Shown here in pieces: positions 8,821 through 18,453 of a DNA stretch of 64,000 nucleotides (the first letter of the stretch is position 1; the number at the start of each line of letters is the position of its first letter). The notes under the pieces were generated by a model that was not told where the DNA came from, made no database searches, and saw only the letters and a program-made list of their open reading frames with translations. This DNA is from an uncultured Ignavibacteriales bacterium (lineage in GTDB: Bacteria; Zixibacteria; MSB-5A5; GN15; FEB-12). The DNA is taken from contig CAYNIJ010000001.1 in assembly GCA_964397415.1 (NCBI GenBank), positions 522,345 through 586,344 of the forward strand. The letters are read 5' to 3'. A program made the translations under genes and the position numbers.

Positions 8821-10806
8821 CTATACAGATTTCTGTTTGCTGCCGCCCATTGCCATCCGATAGAGGAAGACCGCCAGCGCGGCATAGAGAATGATTGACA
8901 GAATTGGTCCGAAGCTCGTGGTCAAGGATGTCCCTTGATCGGCATGGGCATTAAAGTACTCACCATACCAGGACCATCCGCCAACAAGGAACGCGAGCAG
9001 AACTCCAATCAGCGAATCGCCCGCGACAAGGCCCGATGCAAAGAGGGTTCCGCGCATCGTTTTGGCTTCGACTTCTTCCGGTTTGCTCCGCTTGTTGACG
9101 ATCCACGCGACCAATCCACCAACCATAATGGGAGTGGAGAGTGACGGCGGCAGGTAAAGACCGATCGCGAACGGCAGTGCGCCATGGCCGAGTAATTCGA
9201 CGCAGATCGCGATCATCCCGCCGACAATTATCGGGAGCCAAGGAAGATTCTGATTCATGATGCCGGAGACGACCGTCGCCATGACGTTGGCCTGCGGGGC
9301 CATCATCGGAGCGCGACCGGGGACTTCGCCTTCGACGAAGCCGAACGTCTCGCGCAGGAAGAAGAGCATGGCGCCAATGACAAGCGCTGGAGCGGCCATG
9401 CCAATGAGGGTAGTGAGCTGCATCCGGATGGGCGTACCGCCCAACAGGAAGCCGGTTTTGAGATCCTGAGAGATATCGCCCGACATACAGACGGCGATAC
9501 AGACGATAGTGCCGACCATCATGGCGGCGACCATGCCGTTGATACCGGTATGGCCAAGCCAGACCAGAAGTAGGCTAGTAATGAGCAGAGTCGCTATAGT
9601 CATACCCGAGACCGGGTTGGAGGATGAACCGACCAGACCGACGATTCGGGCGGCGACCACTACGAAGAAGAATCCAAAAATAACTGCCGCAACAATACCG
9701 ACCCACGGAAGGCCTGTGTTCGGGATAAGCGCGATACCGGCAATGACCGCAAGAATGCCGAGGAGGACCCACTGCATAGGGAGGTCGTAATTGACGCGGT
9801 CTTTACTCGCTTCGCCCTTTTTGCCGGTGAGGGAGCGGAAGCCTTCTCTGAACGAGGTGATAATGATGGGCATTGATTTGCTGAGCGAAATGAATCCGCC
9901 CATGGTCACCGCGCCGACACCGATATATTTAATGTAGAAATTGCGAAGTTCTCCGGCGCTCATATCGCCAAGGGGAGTTGTGCCGGGAGGGACGATCAGG
10001 GTACTCGAGTGCGACCCGATAAACGAGAGGAGCGGGCCGATTCCCATATAGCCAAGGACCGCGCCAGAGAGCATCATGGCCGCGATACGTGGGCCAATAA
10101 TATAGCCGACAGCCGCGAGCGCGGGTGTTGCCTCAATCCCTAGTTGGCCGCCTTTGAGGATGCCGCCGAAGTAGTGATTGACTGTCTCTGACCAGGTTTT
10201 GACGCCGGACATCAGGATTTTGTACGCCGCGCCGATGCCGATGCCGAGGAAGACCAGTTTGGCACGACTTCCACCCTGGTCACCGGCGACGATGATCTCG
10301 GCGCAAGCCGTACCTTCAGGATAGGCCAGTTTGCCATGCTCGGTCTCGACCAGATAGCGGCGCAGAGGGATCATGAGCAGTACGCCGAGCGTTCCGCCCA
10401 AAAGCGCGAGGAGAATTATCTGCCACTGTGCGATCTGGAAAGTGTAGCCCTGCGCCTTAAGTTGCGCTGAGGCTGACCAAATGAAGAAAGCCGGAACGGT
10501 GAAGATAACGCCCGCGGCCAAAGACTCACCGGCGGAGCCCATCCCCTGGACGATGTTGTTTTCCAGAACTGTCGCACGTTTGCGGAACATGCGAAGGATG
10601 GCCATCGAGACAACCGCCGCCGGGATTGAGGCAGACACGGTCATACCTACTTTGAGGCCGAGATAGGCGTTGGCGAGGCCGAAAACGAGGGCCAAGATAA
10701 TACCGAGGATAATGGCTCGCCCGGTAACCTCGGCGGGGGATTCCGATGCCGGCACAAAGGGAGAATGCTTTGCTGGTGCCGCGTCAGCCTTTTTCGCTGT
10801 TTGCAT
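8821..10806 (-). CDS. OPT family oligopeptide transporter
   Basis: ANAYLGLKVGMTVSASIPAAV, YPEGTACAE, SSNPVSG, QDLKTG, APQA motifs; many TM helices. Confidence 0.95.
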   Translation of the reverse strand: MQTAKKADAAPAKHSPFVPASESPAEVTGRAIILGIILALVFGLANAYLGLKVGMTVSASIPAAVVSMAILRMFRKRATVLENNIVQGMGSAGESLAAGVIFTVPAFFIWSASAQLKAQGYTFQIAQWQIILLALLGGTLGVLLMIPLRRYLVETEHGKLAYPEGTACAEIIVAGDQGGSRAKLVFLGIGIGAAYKILMSGVKTWSETVNHYFGGILKGGQLGIEATPALAAVGYIIGPRIAAMMLSGAVLGYMGIGPLLSFIGSHSSTLIVPPGTTPLGDMSAGELRNFYIKYIGVGAVTMGGFISLSKSMPIIITSFREGFRSLTGKKGEASKDRVNYDLPMQWVLLGILAVIAGIALIPNTGLPWVGIVAAVIFGFFFVVVAARIVGLVGSSSNPVSGMTIATLLITSLLLVWLGHTGINGMVAAMMVGTIVCIAVCMSGDISQDLKTGFLLGGTPIRMQLTTLIGMAAPALVIGAMLFFLRETFGFVEGEVPGRAPMMAPQANVMATVVSGIMNQNLPWLPIIVGGMIAICVELLGHGALPFAIGLYLPPSLSTPIMVGGLVAWIVNKRSKPEEVEAKTMRGTLFASGLVAGDSLIGVLLAFLVGGWSWYGEYFNAHADQGTSLTTSFGPILSIILYAALAVFLYRMAMGGSKQKSV

Positions 10807-11125
10807 TAAACCTCCAAAGGCAGCTCACAACCTGTCCATTCGGGTGCAAGATTACCGGAAAGGGTTTACAAGTCAAGCATTTAGTCCTGTGGCGCCGCGT
10901 GTGAACGGTGGGGAGAAGGTTGTTCTCAGTTATTAAGGACCTGACTTGACGATGTTCGCAGAACCTGCGCCGACTGACAGAACCCAAACATGAGATTTAC
11001 GGAATATTATGTTTTTTCGCGGAGTGCGGAGCGTATAATCAGCGGCGGATGTACGATGACCGGCTCGGATTGTCTCTGTTATGCGGAACTTGCGTGTGAC
11101 AGTGACGGTTAGGTCATAAAACATC

Positions 11126-11155
11126 TTGACATAACGAACGGCGGTACGTTATGTT
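11126..11155 (+). promoter_or_regulatory. sigma70 promoter with overlapping palindromic operator candidate
   Basis: TTGACA-N18-TATGTT; ACATAACG-N10-CGTTATGT inverted repeat at 11129-11154. Confidence 0.6.
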
Positions 11156-11349
11156 GAAGTCAGAGGGACGACAGGTATTTGCTCATCAGTTTTTGCTCGC
11201 TTTCACGATTGCATTTCCGACAACCGCCAAACAATTAACATCGCCGATTCATATTGCGAATAGAAAACGGCTGCGTGGCGCATAGGATTGTGCCCTGTCA
11301 CGACAGCCAGATCGTGAACCATAGCTAAACCCTTAGGGGGTGAGCCTTG

Positions 11350-12174
11350 ATGAAACGCACATGGACAGTAACAGTTATCGTCGCTCTTCTCGCCTTCCCG
11401 CTGGTCGCGTATTCCGCCGGTGAACGGCTGAATGTCGGAAAAGCGGAAATTGGTGAAGAGAATACGGTGACCGTCCCTCTTGAGGTGACCAACCAGGATG
11501 ATCTGGTCGGGATCGATATCGCCCTCAAGTATTCGGAAGGTGTGACGCTCAAAGAGGTTCGATTCGAGAATGCTCGTATCGACTACTTTGATCTGAAGGC
11601 CACGATGCTTGATGCCGAGAAGCGGCAGATCGTGATCATGGCGGTTCCTCAGACTTCGATGACGAAAAAGCCGGCGCTGTCGGCCGGAACGGGCCCGGTT
11701 GCATACCTGGTCTTTGAGCGGAACGATGCCTCGGTCAAGGAGATCGAGTTTGAGCCGTTCGTCATGGAAGATCCACATCACTCGAATTTCTTCGTGTACG
11801 GTAACATCGCTACCGGACAGTACGAACAGTGGCGCGAGGATCCGGTGATCGAAGAGACACGTGTCTCTCTGAGCGCCGCGTCCGGCAGTATGCCGAACTC
11901 CTTCGCGCTGAAGCAGAACTACCCGAATCCGTTCAACCCGTCGACCGAGATCTCCTTCGATCTGCCGAAAGCTTCGGCGGTCGAGCTTCGCATTTACAAT
12001 GTGATCGGGCAGGAGGTCCGGACCCTGGCGAATGGCGCCATGGAAGCCGGTCAGCACAAGATCGTGTGGGACGGCCGCGACGAGGGTGGATCCTCGGTTG
12101 CCAGCGGAGTCTACTTCTATCGGTTGACGGCGGGGAGCTACACTGATACCAAGAAGATGATGCTTCTGAAGTGA
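11350..12174 (+). CDS. Secreted cohesin-like domain protein with C-terminal FlgD-Ig/T9SS-type sorting domain
   Basis: Signal peptide; VTVPLEVTN..LVGIDIALKY..LSAGTGPVAYLVF (cohesin-like); FALKQNYPNPFNPSTEISF..IYNVIGQEVRTL..WDGRD..ASGVYFYRL..KKMMLLK. Confidence 0.8.
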   Translation: MKRTWTVTVIVALLAFPLVAYSAGERLNVGKAEIGEENTVTVPLEVTNQDDLVGIDIALKYSEGVTLKEVRFENARIDYFDLKATMLDAEKRQIVIMAVPQTSMTKKPALSAGTGPVAYLVFERNDASVKEIEFEPFVMEDPHHSNFFVYGNIATGQYEQWREDPVIEETRVSLSAASGSMPNSFALKQNYPNPFNPSTEISFDLPKASAVELRIYNVIGQEVRTLANGAMEAGQHKIVWDGRDEGGSSVASGVYFYRLTAGSYTDTKKMMLLK

Positions 12175-12222
12175 TCGTGCAGCATGCTGCGCGATGATCA
12201 GTTCGCGTAAAATAAAGTGTTT

Positions 12223-12256
12223 AGCCCGTTCGGACGGTCACTCCGGACGGGCTTTT
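12223..12256 (+). terminator. Intrinsic terminator of the cohesin-like gene
   Basis: AGCCCGTTCGGA..TCCGGACGGGCT followed by TTT. Confidence 0.8.
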
Positions 12257-12391
12257 CGTTGGCGCGAAATCGCATGATTTAACGAGAACAAGCGGGGCAT
12301 TCGCATCTCCTGCGCTCGAAAGGGCAATTCTAAAGCGGCGTCACACAGCTAACCTATGGTATTGCAATGCAATAGCGGTTTAGCACAAGGC

Positions 12392-12407
12392 TGGCACACG
12401 AATTGAT
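12392..12407 (+). promoter_or_regulatory. sigma54-type -24/-12 promoter candidate
   Basis: TGGCAC-N5-TTGAT vs consensus TGGCAC-N5-TTGCW (one mismatch, at the -12 C). Confidence 0.55.
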
Positions 12408-12417
12408 TATATTTAGA

Positions 12418-12578
12418 TTAAGCAGACCGACCGTCATCGGAAAGCAGCCATACAGTTTTTCGATGCCTGGCCTTTTCGGTTCTGAACAGAATTTCTTGGC
12501 GGTTATGCTGTTTAGACCTGCATCGGTTTGTTGAGTGAGGAAAGAAGGTCCTGACGCGAGTCGGGACCTTGTTTTTTT
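12418..12578 (+). ncRNA. Candidate structured small RNA (sigma54-driven)
   Basis: Between the sigma54-like promoter and terminator AAGGTCCTGAC-GCGA-GTCGGGACCTT + T7; GCAGACCGA pairs with TCGGTTTGT; internal CATCGGAAAGC..GTTTTTCGATG hairpin; no RBS-supported ORF. Confidence 0.55.
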
Positions 12579-12720
12579 GCGGAGTCAGGGGAAGTATCAG
12601 AATCGAATCGCATCTCTAACTCACGCACAGTCTTGAGGAAAGCCGGCTGGCAAAGCGCTTGACTCTGTTCCACCAAAGTTCTACTATGAGCGGATTCAGA
12701 AAGGTATATGGCGCTGAACT

Positions 12721-13491
12721 GTGTTAGGCTGGCTTAAGAACTTTGCATACGAGTTTCAGGGACTCTTTCTCTTCTCCCTGAGGATGCTCAAGGGGCTGTT
12801 TGGCCGGCCATTCTATGTCATGGAGACTCTTGAGCAGATGTATCTGCTCGGCGTGGGTTCTCTCTATCTTGTCGCCTTGACGGGGATGTTCGCTGGGCAG
12901 GGATTCGCGCTGGCGTTTTCGAATGAACTTGCGGATTTTGGAGCGAAAAACTACCTCGGGCGCATCATGTCTATCTCCATTATTCGTGAACTTGGCCCGA
13001 CATTGGCCGGCCTAATCATTGCCGCTCGAGTCTCTTCGGGAATAACCGCCGAGATAGGGGCGATGAAGTCATCCAACCAGCTTGACGCGATGGTGGCATT
13101 TGGGATCGACCCGATCAAGAAGATCGCTGTCCCGCGCTTGGTCGCTTTGCTGGTCATGGTACCGGCGTTAACGATCGTCACCGATGTGGTCGCAATTGTC
13201 GGAGCGTGGATCATCGCGGTTTACCTGGCGCACATTTCATCGACCCTCTACTGGGCGAATATCTTTGAGCGTTTGGTGTTTGGGAATTTATTTCTGGGGA
13301 TCGCCAAGCCGATCATCTTCTCCTTCGTAATCGCGTTTATCGCCTGTTATAAGGGGTTTACCTCCGAGGGAGGAACCAAGGGAGTCGGCAAGGCGACGAC
13401 TGACTCTGTGGTACTGAGCTCGATCACGATCCTATTGGTCAACTTCTTCATCACCAAAGTCATCTATCCCTATCTGAAGGGGTACTTATGA
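12721..13491 (+). CDS. mlaE: MlaE family ABC transporter permease
   Basis: IIRELGPTLAGLIIAARVSSGITAEIGAMK..QLDAM, GGTKGVGKATT; upstream TTGACT-N17-TACTAT promoter. Confidence 0.93.
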   Translation: MLGWLKNFAYEFQGLFLFSLRMLKGLFGRPFYVMETLEQMYLLGVGSLYLVALTGMFAGQGFALAFSNELADFGAKNYLGRIMSISIIRELGPTLAGLIIAARVSSGITAEIGAMKSSNQLDAMVAFGIDPIKKIAVPRLVALLVMVPALTIVTDVVAIVGAWIIAVYLAHISSTLYWANIFERLVFGNLFLGIAKPIIFSFVIAFIACYKGFTSEGGTKGVGKATTDSVVLSSITILLVNFFITKVIYPYLKGYL

Positions 13492-14258
13492 TCGAGCTGA
13501 ATAATGTGAGCTTTTCCTATGGCGATCGACCGATCCTGAAGGATGTGACCTTCAAGATCGATCAATCGGAATCTGTGGTGATCATGGGGCCGTCGGGATC
13601 GGGGAAATCCACGGTGCTGCGTCTGATCCTGGGGCTCATTTGCCCGCAAAAGGGTTCTCTACTGATCGACGGCGAGAATATTTGCGTCATGTCCGAGGCG
13701 CAGAAACGAGAGGTCCGCAAAGGGATCGGGATGGTGTTCCAGGATGGAGCGCTGTTTGACTCGCTGACGGTTGGCGAAAATGTCGGCTATTATTTGCTTG
13801 AGCATACCAAAATGCGATGGGAAGAGATAGAGGCCAAGGTTCGCGAAATGCTCGGATTTGTCGGGCTGGACGCGGATGAGATCATCGACAAACTCCCTGA
13901 GCAATTGTCGGGAGGGATGCAACGTCGGGTGGCTATCGGACGGGCATTATTGTCCACCGACCCACGCGTGATGTTGTATGATGAGCCGACCACGGGGCTG
14001 GATCCGCAGTCGAGTGAAACCGTCCTTGAGTTGATCAATAAATTGACCGGCCAGCGAAAGATATCTACCATTGTGGTGACGCATGAGATCGCCGACGCGT
14101 TTGCGGTGGCCGACCGGTTCATGCTGATCTGGGGAGGAGAACTGGTCTTCGACGGAAATGTTGAAGAATTACGCACGTCATCGGACGAGCGGGTTCGGAG
14201 TTTCCTCGAACCATTCAGAACCTCGTTCGCCGGAGTGATGGAACGAAAATTCGTCTGA
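13488..14258 (+). CDS. mlaF: MlaF family ABC transporter ATPase
   Basis: GPSGSGKS, GMVFQDGALFDSLTV, LSGGMQRRV, YDEPTTGLDP. Confidence 0.93.
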   Translation: MIELNNVSFSYGDRPILKDVTFKIDQSESVVIMGPSGSGKSTVLRLILGLICPQKGSLLIDGENICVMSEAQKREVRKGIGMVFQDGALFDSLTVGENVGYYLLEHTKMRWEEIEAKVREMLGFVGLDADEIIDKLPEQLSGGMQRRVAIGRALLSTDPRVMLYDEPTTGLDPQSSETVLELINKLTGQRKISTIVVTHEIADAFAVADRFMLIWGGELVFDGNVEELRTSSDERVRSFLEPFRTSFAGVMERKFV

Positions 14259-14294
14259 CGCCTGAACATCAGACCAACAGAATAGGGTAGGAGT

Positions 14295-15230
14295 ATGAAG
14301 AGATCGATTCGCGTGCCATTTGCCAATCTTAAGGTCGGACTGTTGCTGACCTTCGCGCTTGCCATGGCGCTCTGGGCATCGTTTTCCGGAGGCGGCACTT
14401 CGATCTTTCAGGGGAAAGAGGAGTACATAACGTACTTCAAGAATGTTGCCGGTCTGCTGAAGGGTTCTCCTGTTTGGATGGCGGGCGTTGAAGTGGGGAA
14501 TGTCAAGTCGATCAAATTCGTGAATCTCGACTCACTTCGCCAGATAGAGGTGCGCTTCCGGGTGAGCGGTGATGTTCATTATATGGTGACTGAAGGTACC
14601 GAGGTACAGCTCGGGACAATAGGTTTTCTGGGTGACAAGTATATAGAAGTGGTGCCGGGGACTCCGGGAGGACCGGTCATTCCTGCCGGATCGGTGATCC
14701 TGCCGCGCGATGTTGGGGAAGCCTCGGCGATGTTCAAGGAGGGGCAGGAGGCGATCCAGGATGTTCGTTCGCTGACCGGCGGTCTGGACACGCTGATGAA
14801 GCGGATGAATCGCGGTGAAGGGACTCTGGGGAAGCTGGCGGTTGATTCGGCGTTGTATCTGAACATGACAAAGTTGATGTCGAGCTTGACCCTGCTGGCC
14901 AGTGACCTGCAGAAGAATCAAGAGCGAATTGTCAGCTCACTCGAGCGGACCTCAAATTCTGTGTCTGATCTGGCCGACAAAGTTAATCAAGGAGAAGGGA
15001 CCCTATCGAAGCTGGTCTCTGATCCGGCCCTCTACAATAATCTGGCGGCAACTACCGCCCAGTTGGATACGATCACCATGAAGTTGAACCAAGCGAAGGG
15101 GTCGCTGGGGTTGATGGTGAATGATACCGCGATGTATGTCCAGATGGTCGACCTGCTGGCGCGAGTCAATACGTTGGTGACGGATATCCAGAACGACCCT
15201 CGCAAGTATTTCAAGTTCTCGGTGTTCTAG
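14295..15230 (+). CDS. mlaD: MlaD/MCE family protein with long helical C-terminus
   Basis: GLLKGSPVWMAGVEVGNV, GFLGDKYIEV, repeated GEGTLGKL motifs, DIQNDPRKYFKFSVF end. Confidence 0.92.
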   Translation: MKRSIRVPFANLKVGLLLTFALAMALWASFSGGGTSIFQGKEEYITYFKNVAGLLKGSPVWMAGVEVGNVKSIKFVNLDSLRQIEVRFRVSGDVHYMVTEGTEVQLGTIGFLGDKYIEVVPGTPGGPVIPAGSVILPRDVGEASAMFKEGQEAIQDVRSLTGGLDTLMKRMNRGEGTLGKLAVDSALYLNMTKLMSSLTLLASDLQKNQERIVSSLERTSNSVSDLADKVNQGEGTLSKLVSDPALYNNLAATTAQLDTITMKLNQAKGSLGLMVNDTAMYVQMVDLLARVNTLVTDIQNDPRKYFKFSVF

Positions 15231-15323
15231 GCAGGGGAAAAGTGACTTGTATCCGCGACCGGGTTCCGTATATTGGACCAGTCAGATACATGATTCACTT
15301 CACGTAATTCGCCGGGAGGTGCC

Positions 15324-15701
15324 ATGATCAACGGCGGGCTGGCCACGATCTTTGTTTCCGATTTCAGTCGCGCGATAGAATTTTATGTAGAGACCCTGGG
15401 GTTGAAACTGGTTTTCCGCTCGGGAGACTTCTGGGCGGAGGTGTCGGCGGGTCCGGGATTAACGATAGGGTTGCATCCTAAGTCGGATTCAGCCGCGACA
15501 CCGGGGACCAATGGCGCGACGGTGGCCGGTTTTGAGGTACAGGGTGAGATAGAGCAGGTAGTCGCGAAACTCGCGGCACTGGGGGTACGACTCAAGGGGG
15601 AGTTGGTCTATGATGAACCGGTCAAGATACAGACGTTTTTTGACCCGGATGGCAATGAACTTTACCTCTTTCAGGTAATGCAGGAACAGGAAATCCAATG
15701 A
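15324..15701 (+). CDS. VOC/glyoxalase family protein
   Basis: VSDFSRAIEFYVETLGL, FFDPDGNEL. Confidence 0.9.
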   Translation: MINGGLATIFVSDFSRAIEFYVETLGLKLVFRSGDFWAEVSAGPGLTIGLHPKSDSAATPGTNGATVAGFEVQGEIEQVVAKLAALGVRLKGELVYDEPVKIQTFFDPDGNELYLFQVMQEQEIQ

Positions 15702-16189
15702 AGACAGCAATCCTCACATTGCTTGTGTTCGCGACTTCGCTTTTCGCGCAGGTAACTGATGCGCCATTGCGGAGCGGACAGGGGAGAAAAGTGCTCCAGC
15801 TTACTTGGCTGGTCGGAAGCTGGGAGCGCCAGCAGAAGAACTCGGTTTTGCTGGAGCGCTGGCACATGGTGGATGACACGCTGATGGAAGGCGAGAGTGT
15901 GACCATCATGGGGGCGGACACCACCGTCAGCGAGAGAATGCGGATGCTGGCACGCGACAGTTCGATCTACTTCGTGGCGGAAGTACCGCACAATGATTCA
16001 GCGATCTATTTCAGACTGGTCGACGTGGACTCCCTGGGATGGAGGTTTGAGAATCCGAAACATGATTTCCCCACAGTCGTCTGCTATAAGCAGGTTTCGG
16101 CGGATTCGATGTACGCACGGATCGAAGGGAAGGTCAATGGCGAAACCAAAGGGATCGATTTTCGATTCCGCAGAGTGGAGAGCAAATAG
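15698..16189 (+). CDS. Secreted DUF6265-like protein
   Basis: Signal peptide, LTWLVGSW, ERW, FENPKHDFP..Y. Confidence 0.8.
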   Translation: MKTAILTLLVFATSLFAQVTDAPLRSGQGRKVLQLTWLVGSWERQQKNSVLLERWHMVDDTLMEGESVTIMGADTTVSERMRMLARDSSIYFVAEVPHNDSAIYFRLVDVDSLGWRFENPKHDFPTVVCYKQVSADSMYARIEGKVNGETKGIDFRFRRVESK

Positions 16190-16191
16190 AG

Positions 16192-16788
16192 ATGCCGACA
16201 CGCGACGTGAAAATACCCCGCGGGTACGACCCAAAAAAGCAGAAGGTAGTCGGTTTGTTCGCCGGTCAGCTTGATGATCAACTGAAGTTGCTGACAGGAT
16301 CGGTCAAGGATCTGACCGTAGAACAGTTGGAGTGGCAGGATAGACCGGGGATGAATACTATCGGAATGTTACTGGCGCACCTGGCGGTGGTCGATCTCTG
16401 GTGGGCAGTGATCGCGCCAAAGGGAATGCAGCCGGAACCGGAGGGGGATATCATCAATATGAAAGTGATCGGTATCCGGATGGACAATGACGGCATGCCG
16501 CTGGCCAAGGGGGGGCTGCATCCTGATTCGCTCAAAGGGAAGACCGCGGCGCAGTATCTCGAGATGCTGAACAAGGCCCGAAAGGCCGTGCATAAGGAAC
16601 TGCGCACCTGGGATGACAGAAAGCTGGCGACCACGTTTATTCGAAAACGGGGAAAGAAGTCGATCAAGATCACGCACACGTGGGTACTTTATCACCTGCT
16701 GGAGCATTTCGCCGGGCACTATGGGCAGATCCTGTTGGTGAAGCATTTGATGCGCGATGCCGGGAAGCTGACTTCGCAGCCCGATTGA
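16192..16788 (+). CDS. DinB/DUF664 family protein
   Basis: NTIGMLLAHLA and WVLYHLLEHFAGHYGQI His motifs. Confidence 0.88.
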   Translation: MPTRDVKIPRGYDPKKQKVVGLFAGQLDDQLKLLTGSVKDLTVEQLEWQDRPGMNTIGMLLAHLAVVDLWWAVIAPKGMQPEPEGDIINMKVIGIRMDNDGMPLAKGGLHPDSLKGKTAAQYLEMLNKARKAVHKELRTWDDRKLATTFIRKRGKKSIKITHTWVLYHLLEHFAGHYGQILLVKHLMRDAGKLTSQPD

Positions 16789-16863
16789 TCTGTTTTTAGT
16801 TGCATCGGGCTTCCTATTCTGGTACGTTCGCGTCGGCAATGCAATAGTCCAGCAACAGGGAAG

Positions 16864-17082
16864 ATGACGATGCATGATAATTCGGGCGAGATAAAGGTCC
16901 CCGATTTCCAATGGAAATTCGGCACCTGCACAGTGTGCGGCAAGCAATTCCGGCACCTCAAAAAAACGGCGCCAAAGACCTGCTCCAATGGAGACTGCCG
17001 ATACAAGTTCCAGTACAAAATAGACCGTCACTTGTGGGCGGATTATCAGCCGACGCTGTTTGAGGCTGAGCCGCGGGCTTAG
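16864..17082 (+). CDS. Small putative zinc-finger protein
   Basis: CTVC..CSNGDC; purine-rich RBS; fills the gap between genes. Confidence 0.6.
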   Translation: MTMHDNSGEIKVPDFQWKFGTCTVCGKQFRHLKKTAPKTCSNGDCRYKFQYKIDRHLWADYQPTLFEAEPRA

Positions 17083-17188
17083 CGGCCAATCAGGTCATTG
17101 ACTGCATATTCAGGGCCGTTGGCCGCAATGGTCTGTTCGTTTTTGCGATAAGTGGTAATTTCTCCTCACCAACGTGAGGAGTTTTTTT

Positions 17189-17683
17189 ATGCACAAGATC
17201 CCCTATTTTATGTGGGCGCTGTTTGGCGTCGTGATGGCCCTTCTGACGAGCAGCTCGCACGCCCAGAGCATTGATTCCGCGACAATTCTGGCGGTCCAGC
17301 CGTTTGTCGACGCCTCGAACGCTAAGTGGTGCGAAGCGCACCGGATCGGCGATTCCAAGTTGCTGGCGTCATTGTTCACCGCGGACGGCGCATTATTGGG
17401 TCGGGACGGGAAGATATGGAAAGGACCCGCGGCGATTGACAGCCTTTTCTCCAAGATCTTTTCTACATACGGGACGGCTGATATGACGATCACGACGCTT
17501 GACCTGTGGGTGATCGATTCGGTGGCGTACGAGTATGGCCGTTATACGCAGAAGCTTCACAAGCCGCCGGATGCTGACACGACCACCGGGACAGGGCTGT
17601 ACTTTGAGCTTTGGAAGAAGCAGCCGGACGGGAACTGGAAGATCTGGCGGGACGCGGGGATACATCCCGACCGGAAGAAGTAG
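17189..17683 (+). CDS. Secreted NTF2-like (DUF4440/YybH) protein
   Basis: GAGGAG RBS; LFTADGALL, AYEYGRY, WKKQPDGNWKI. Confidence 0.85.
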   Translation: MHKIPYFMWALFGVVMALLTSSSHAQSIDSATILAVQPFVDASNAKWCEAHRIGDSKLLASLFTADGALLGRDGKIWKGPAAIDSLFSKIFSTYGTADMTITTLDLWVIDSVAYEYGRYTQKLHKPPDADTTTGTGLYFELWKKQPDGNWKIWRDAGIHPDRKK

Positions 17684-17748
17684 TTGGTAATCAATCTTGC
17701 TTGGGTCCACTTTTCCGTGTTATCTTCCGGCGCACGGAAGGAGCGGAT

Positions 17749-18312
17749 ATGTCCAAGCGAGTATTGATGATCCTGGCCGAGGGGTTTGAGGATGTAGAGG
17801 CGATCGCGCCAATCGATGTTTTGACCCGGGCGGGGGTGGAGGTGACTATCGCCAGCCTCAGCGCGGGACCGGTCAAGGCGGCCTACGGTACGACCATTGT
17901 CCCCCACAAGATGATCGATCAGATCGGTGACGCGTTGTATGACGGCGTGATATTCCCGGGTGGGCGTCGCAACGCGCAGGCTCTGGCGGCTCATCCACGC
18001 GTGCGGGAGATCGCGCAGAGACATTATGCCGGAGCGAAGATGATAGCGGCGATATGCGCGGCGCCAAGTCATGTCCTGGCGGAGGCGTGCGACCTACTCA
18101 GGGGGAAACGTGCTACCGGGGATCCCAGTTTCAATGAAAAGCTCAAGGCTGGTGGGGCGATCGTTACTGACCAGTTGGTGACGGTCGATGGAACTATTAT
18201 AACGGGGATGGGGCCAGGGGCGGCGATGCCTTTCGCCCTGCAACTGGCCGAATATCTGGTTGGGCGGCATGTAGCCGATGAGTTCGCCACCAAATGGCGA
18301 ATCGCCAGGTAG
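17749..18312 (+). CDS. DJ-1/ThiJ/PfpI family protein
   Basis: GFEDVEAIAPIDVLTRAG, FPGG, AAICAAP, ITGMGPG; AAGGAG RBS. Confidence 0.92.
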   Translation: MSKRVLMILAEGFEDVEAIAPIDVLTRAGVEVTIASLSAGPVKAAYGTTIVPHKMIDQIGDALYDGVIFPGGRRNAQALAAHPRVREIAQRHYAGAKMIAAICAAPSHVLAEACDLLRGKRATGDPSFNEKLKAGGAIVTDQLVTVDGTIITGMGPGAAMPFALQLAEYLVGRHVADEFATKWRIAR

Positions 18313-18453
18313 TCAGGCTATTCGTTTAGTCCCAAAATTAACTTGCCGAGGTCTCCGGGGTCTGTTTTCTTCCTCAGGAATATCGCTGTACATTATTGGC
18401 AGACATGCCGATATAGTTCAGGAAGATGTCTCTAAACAGATCCAAGGACCAGT

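Noticed and set aside
11203-12057. 284 aa minus-strand ORF
   Set aside because: Antisense shadow of the cohesin-like gene; no motifs
12463-12534. 23-codon ORF (MPGLFGSEQ..) inside the candidate sRNA
   Set aside because: No SD and the start is buried in a stem; a small peptide is not fully excluded
18388-18414. Fourth sigma28 promoter (GCCGATAT) before the glmU-like gene
   Set aside because: No TAAA-like -35 at 15-nt spacing
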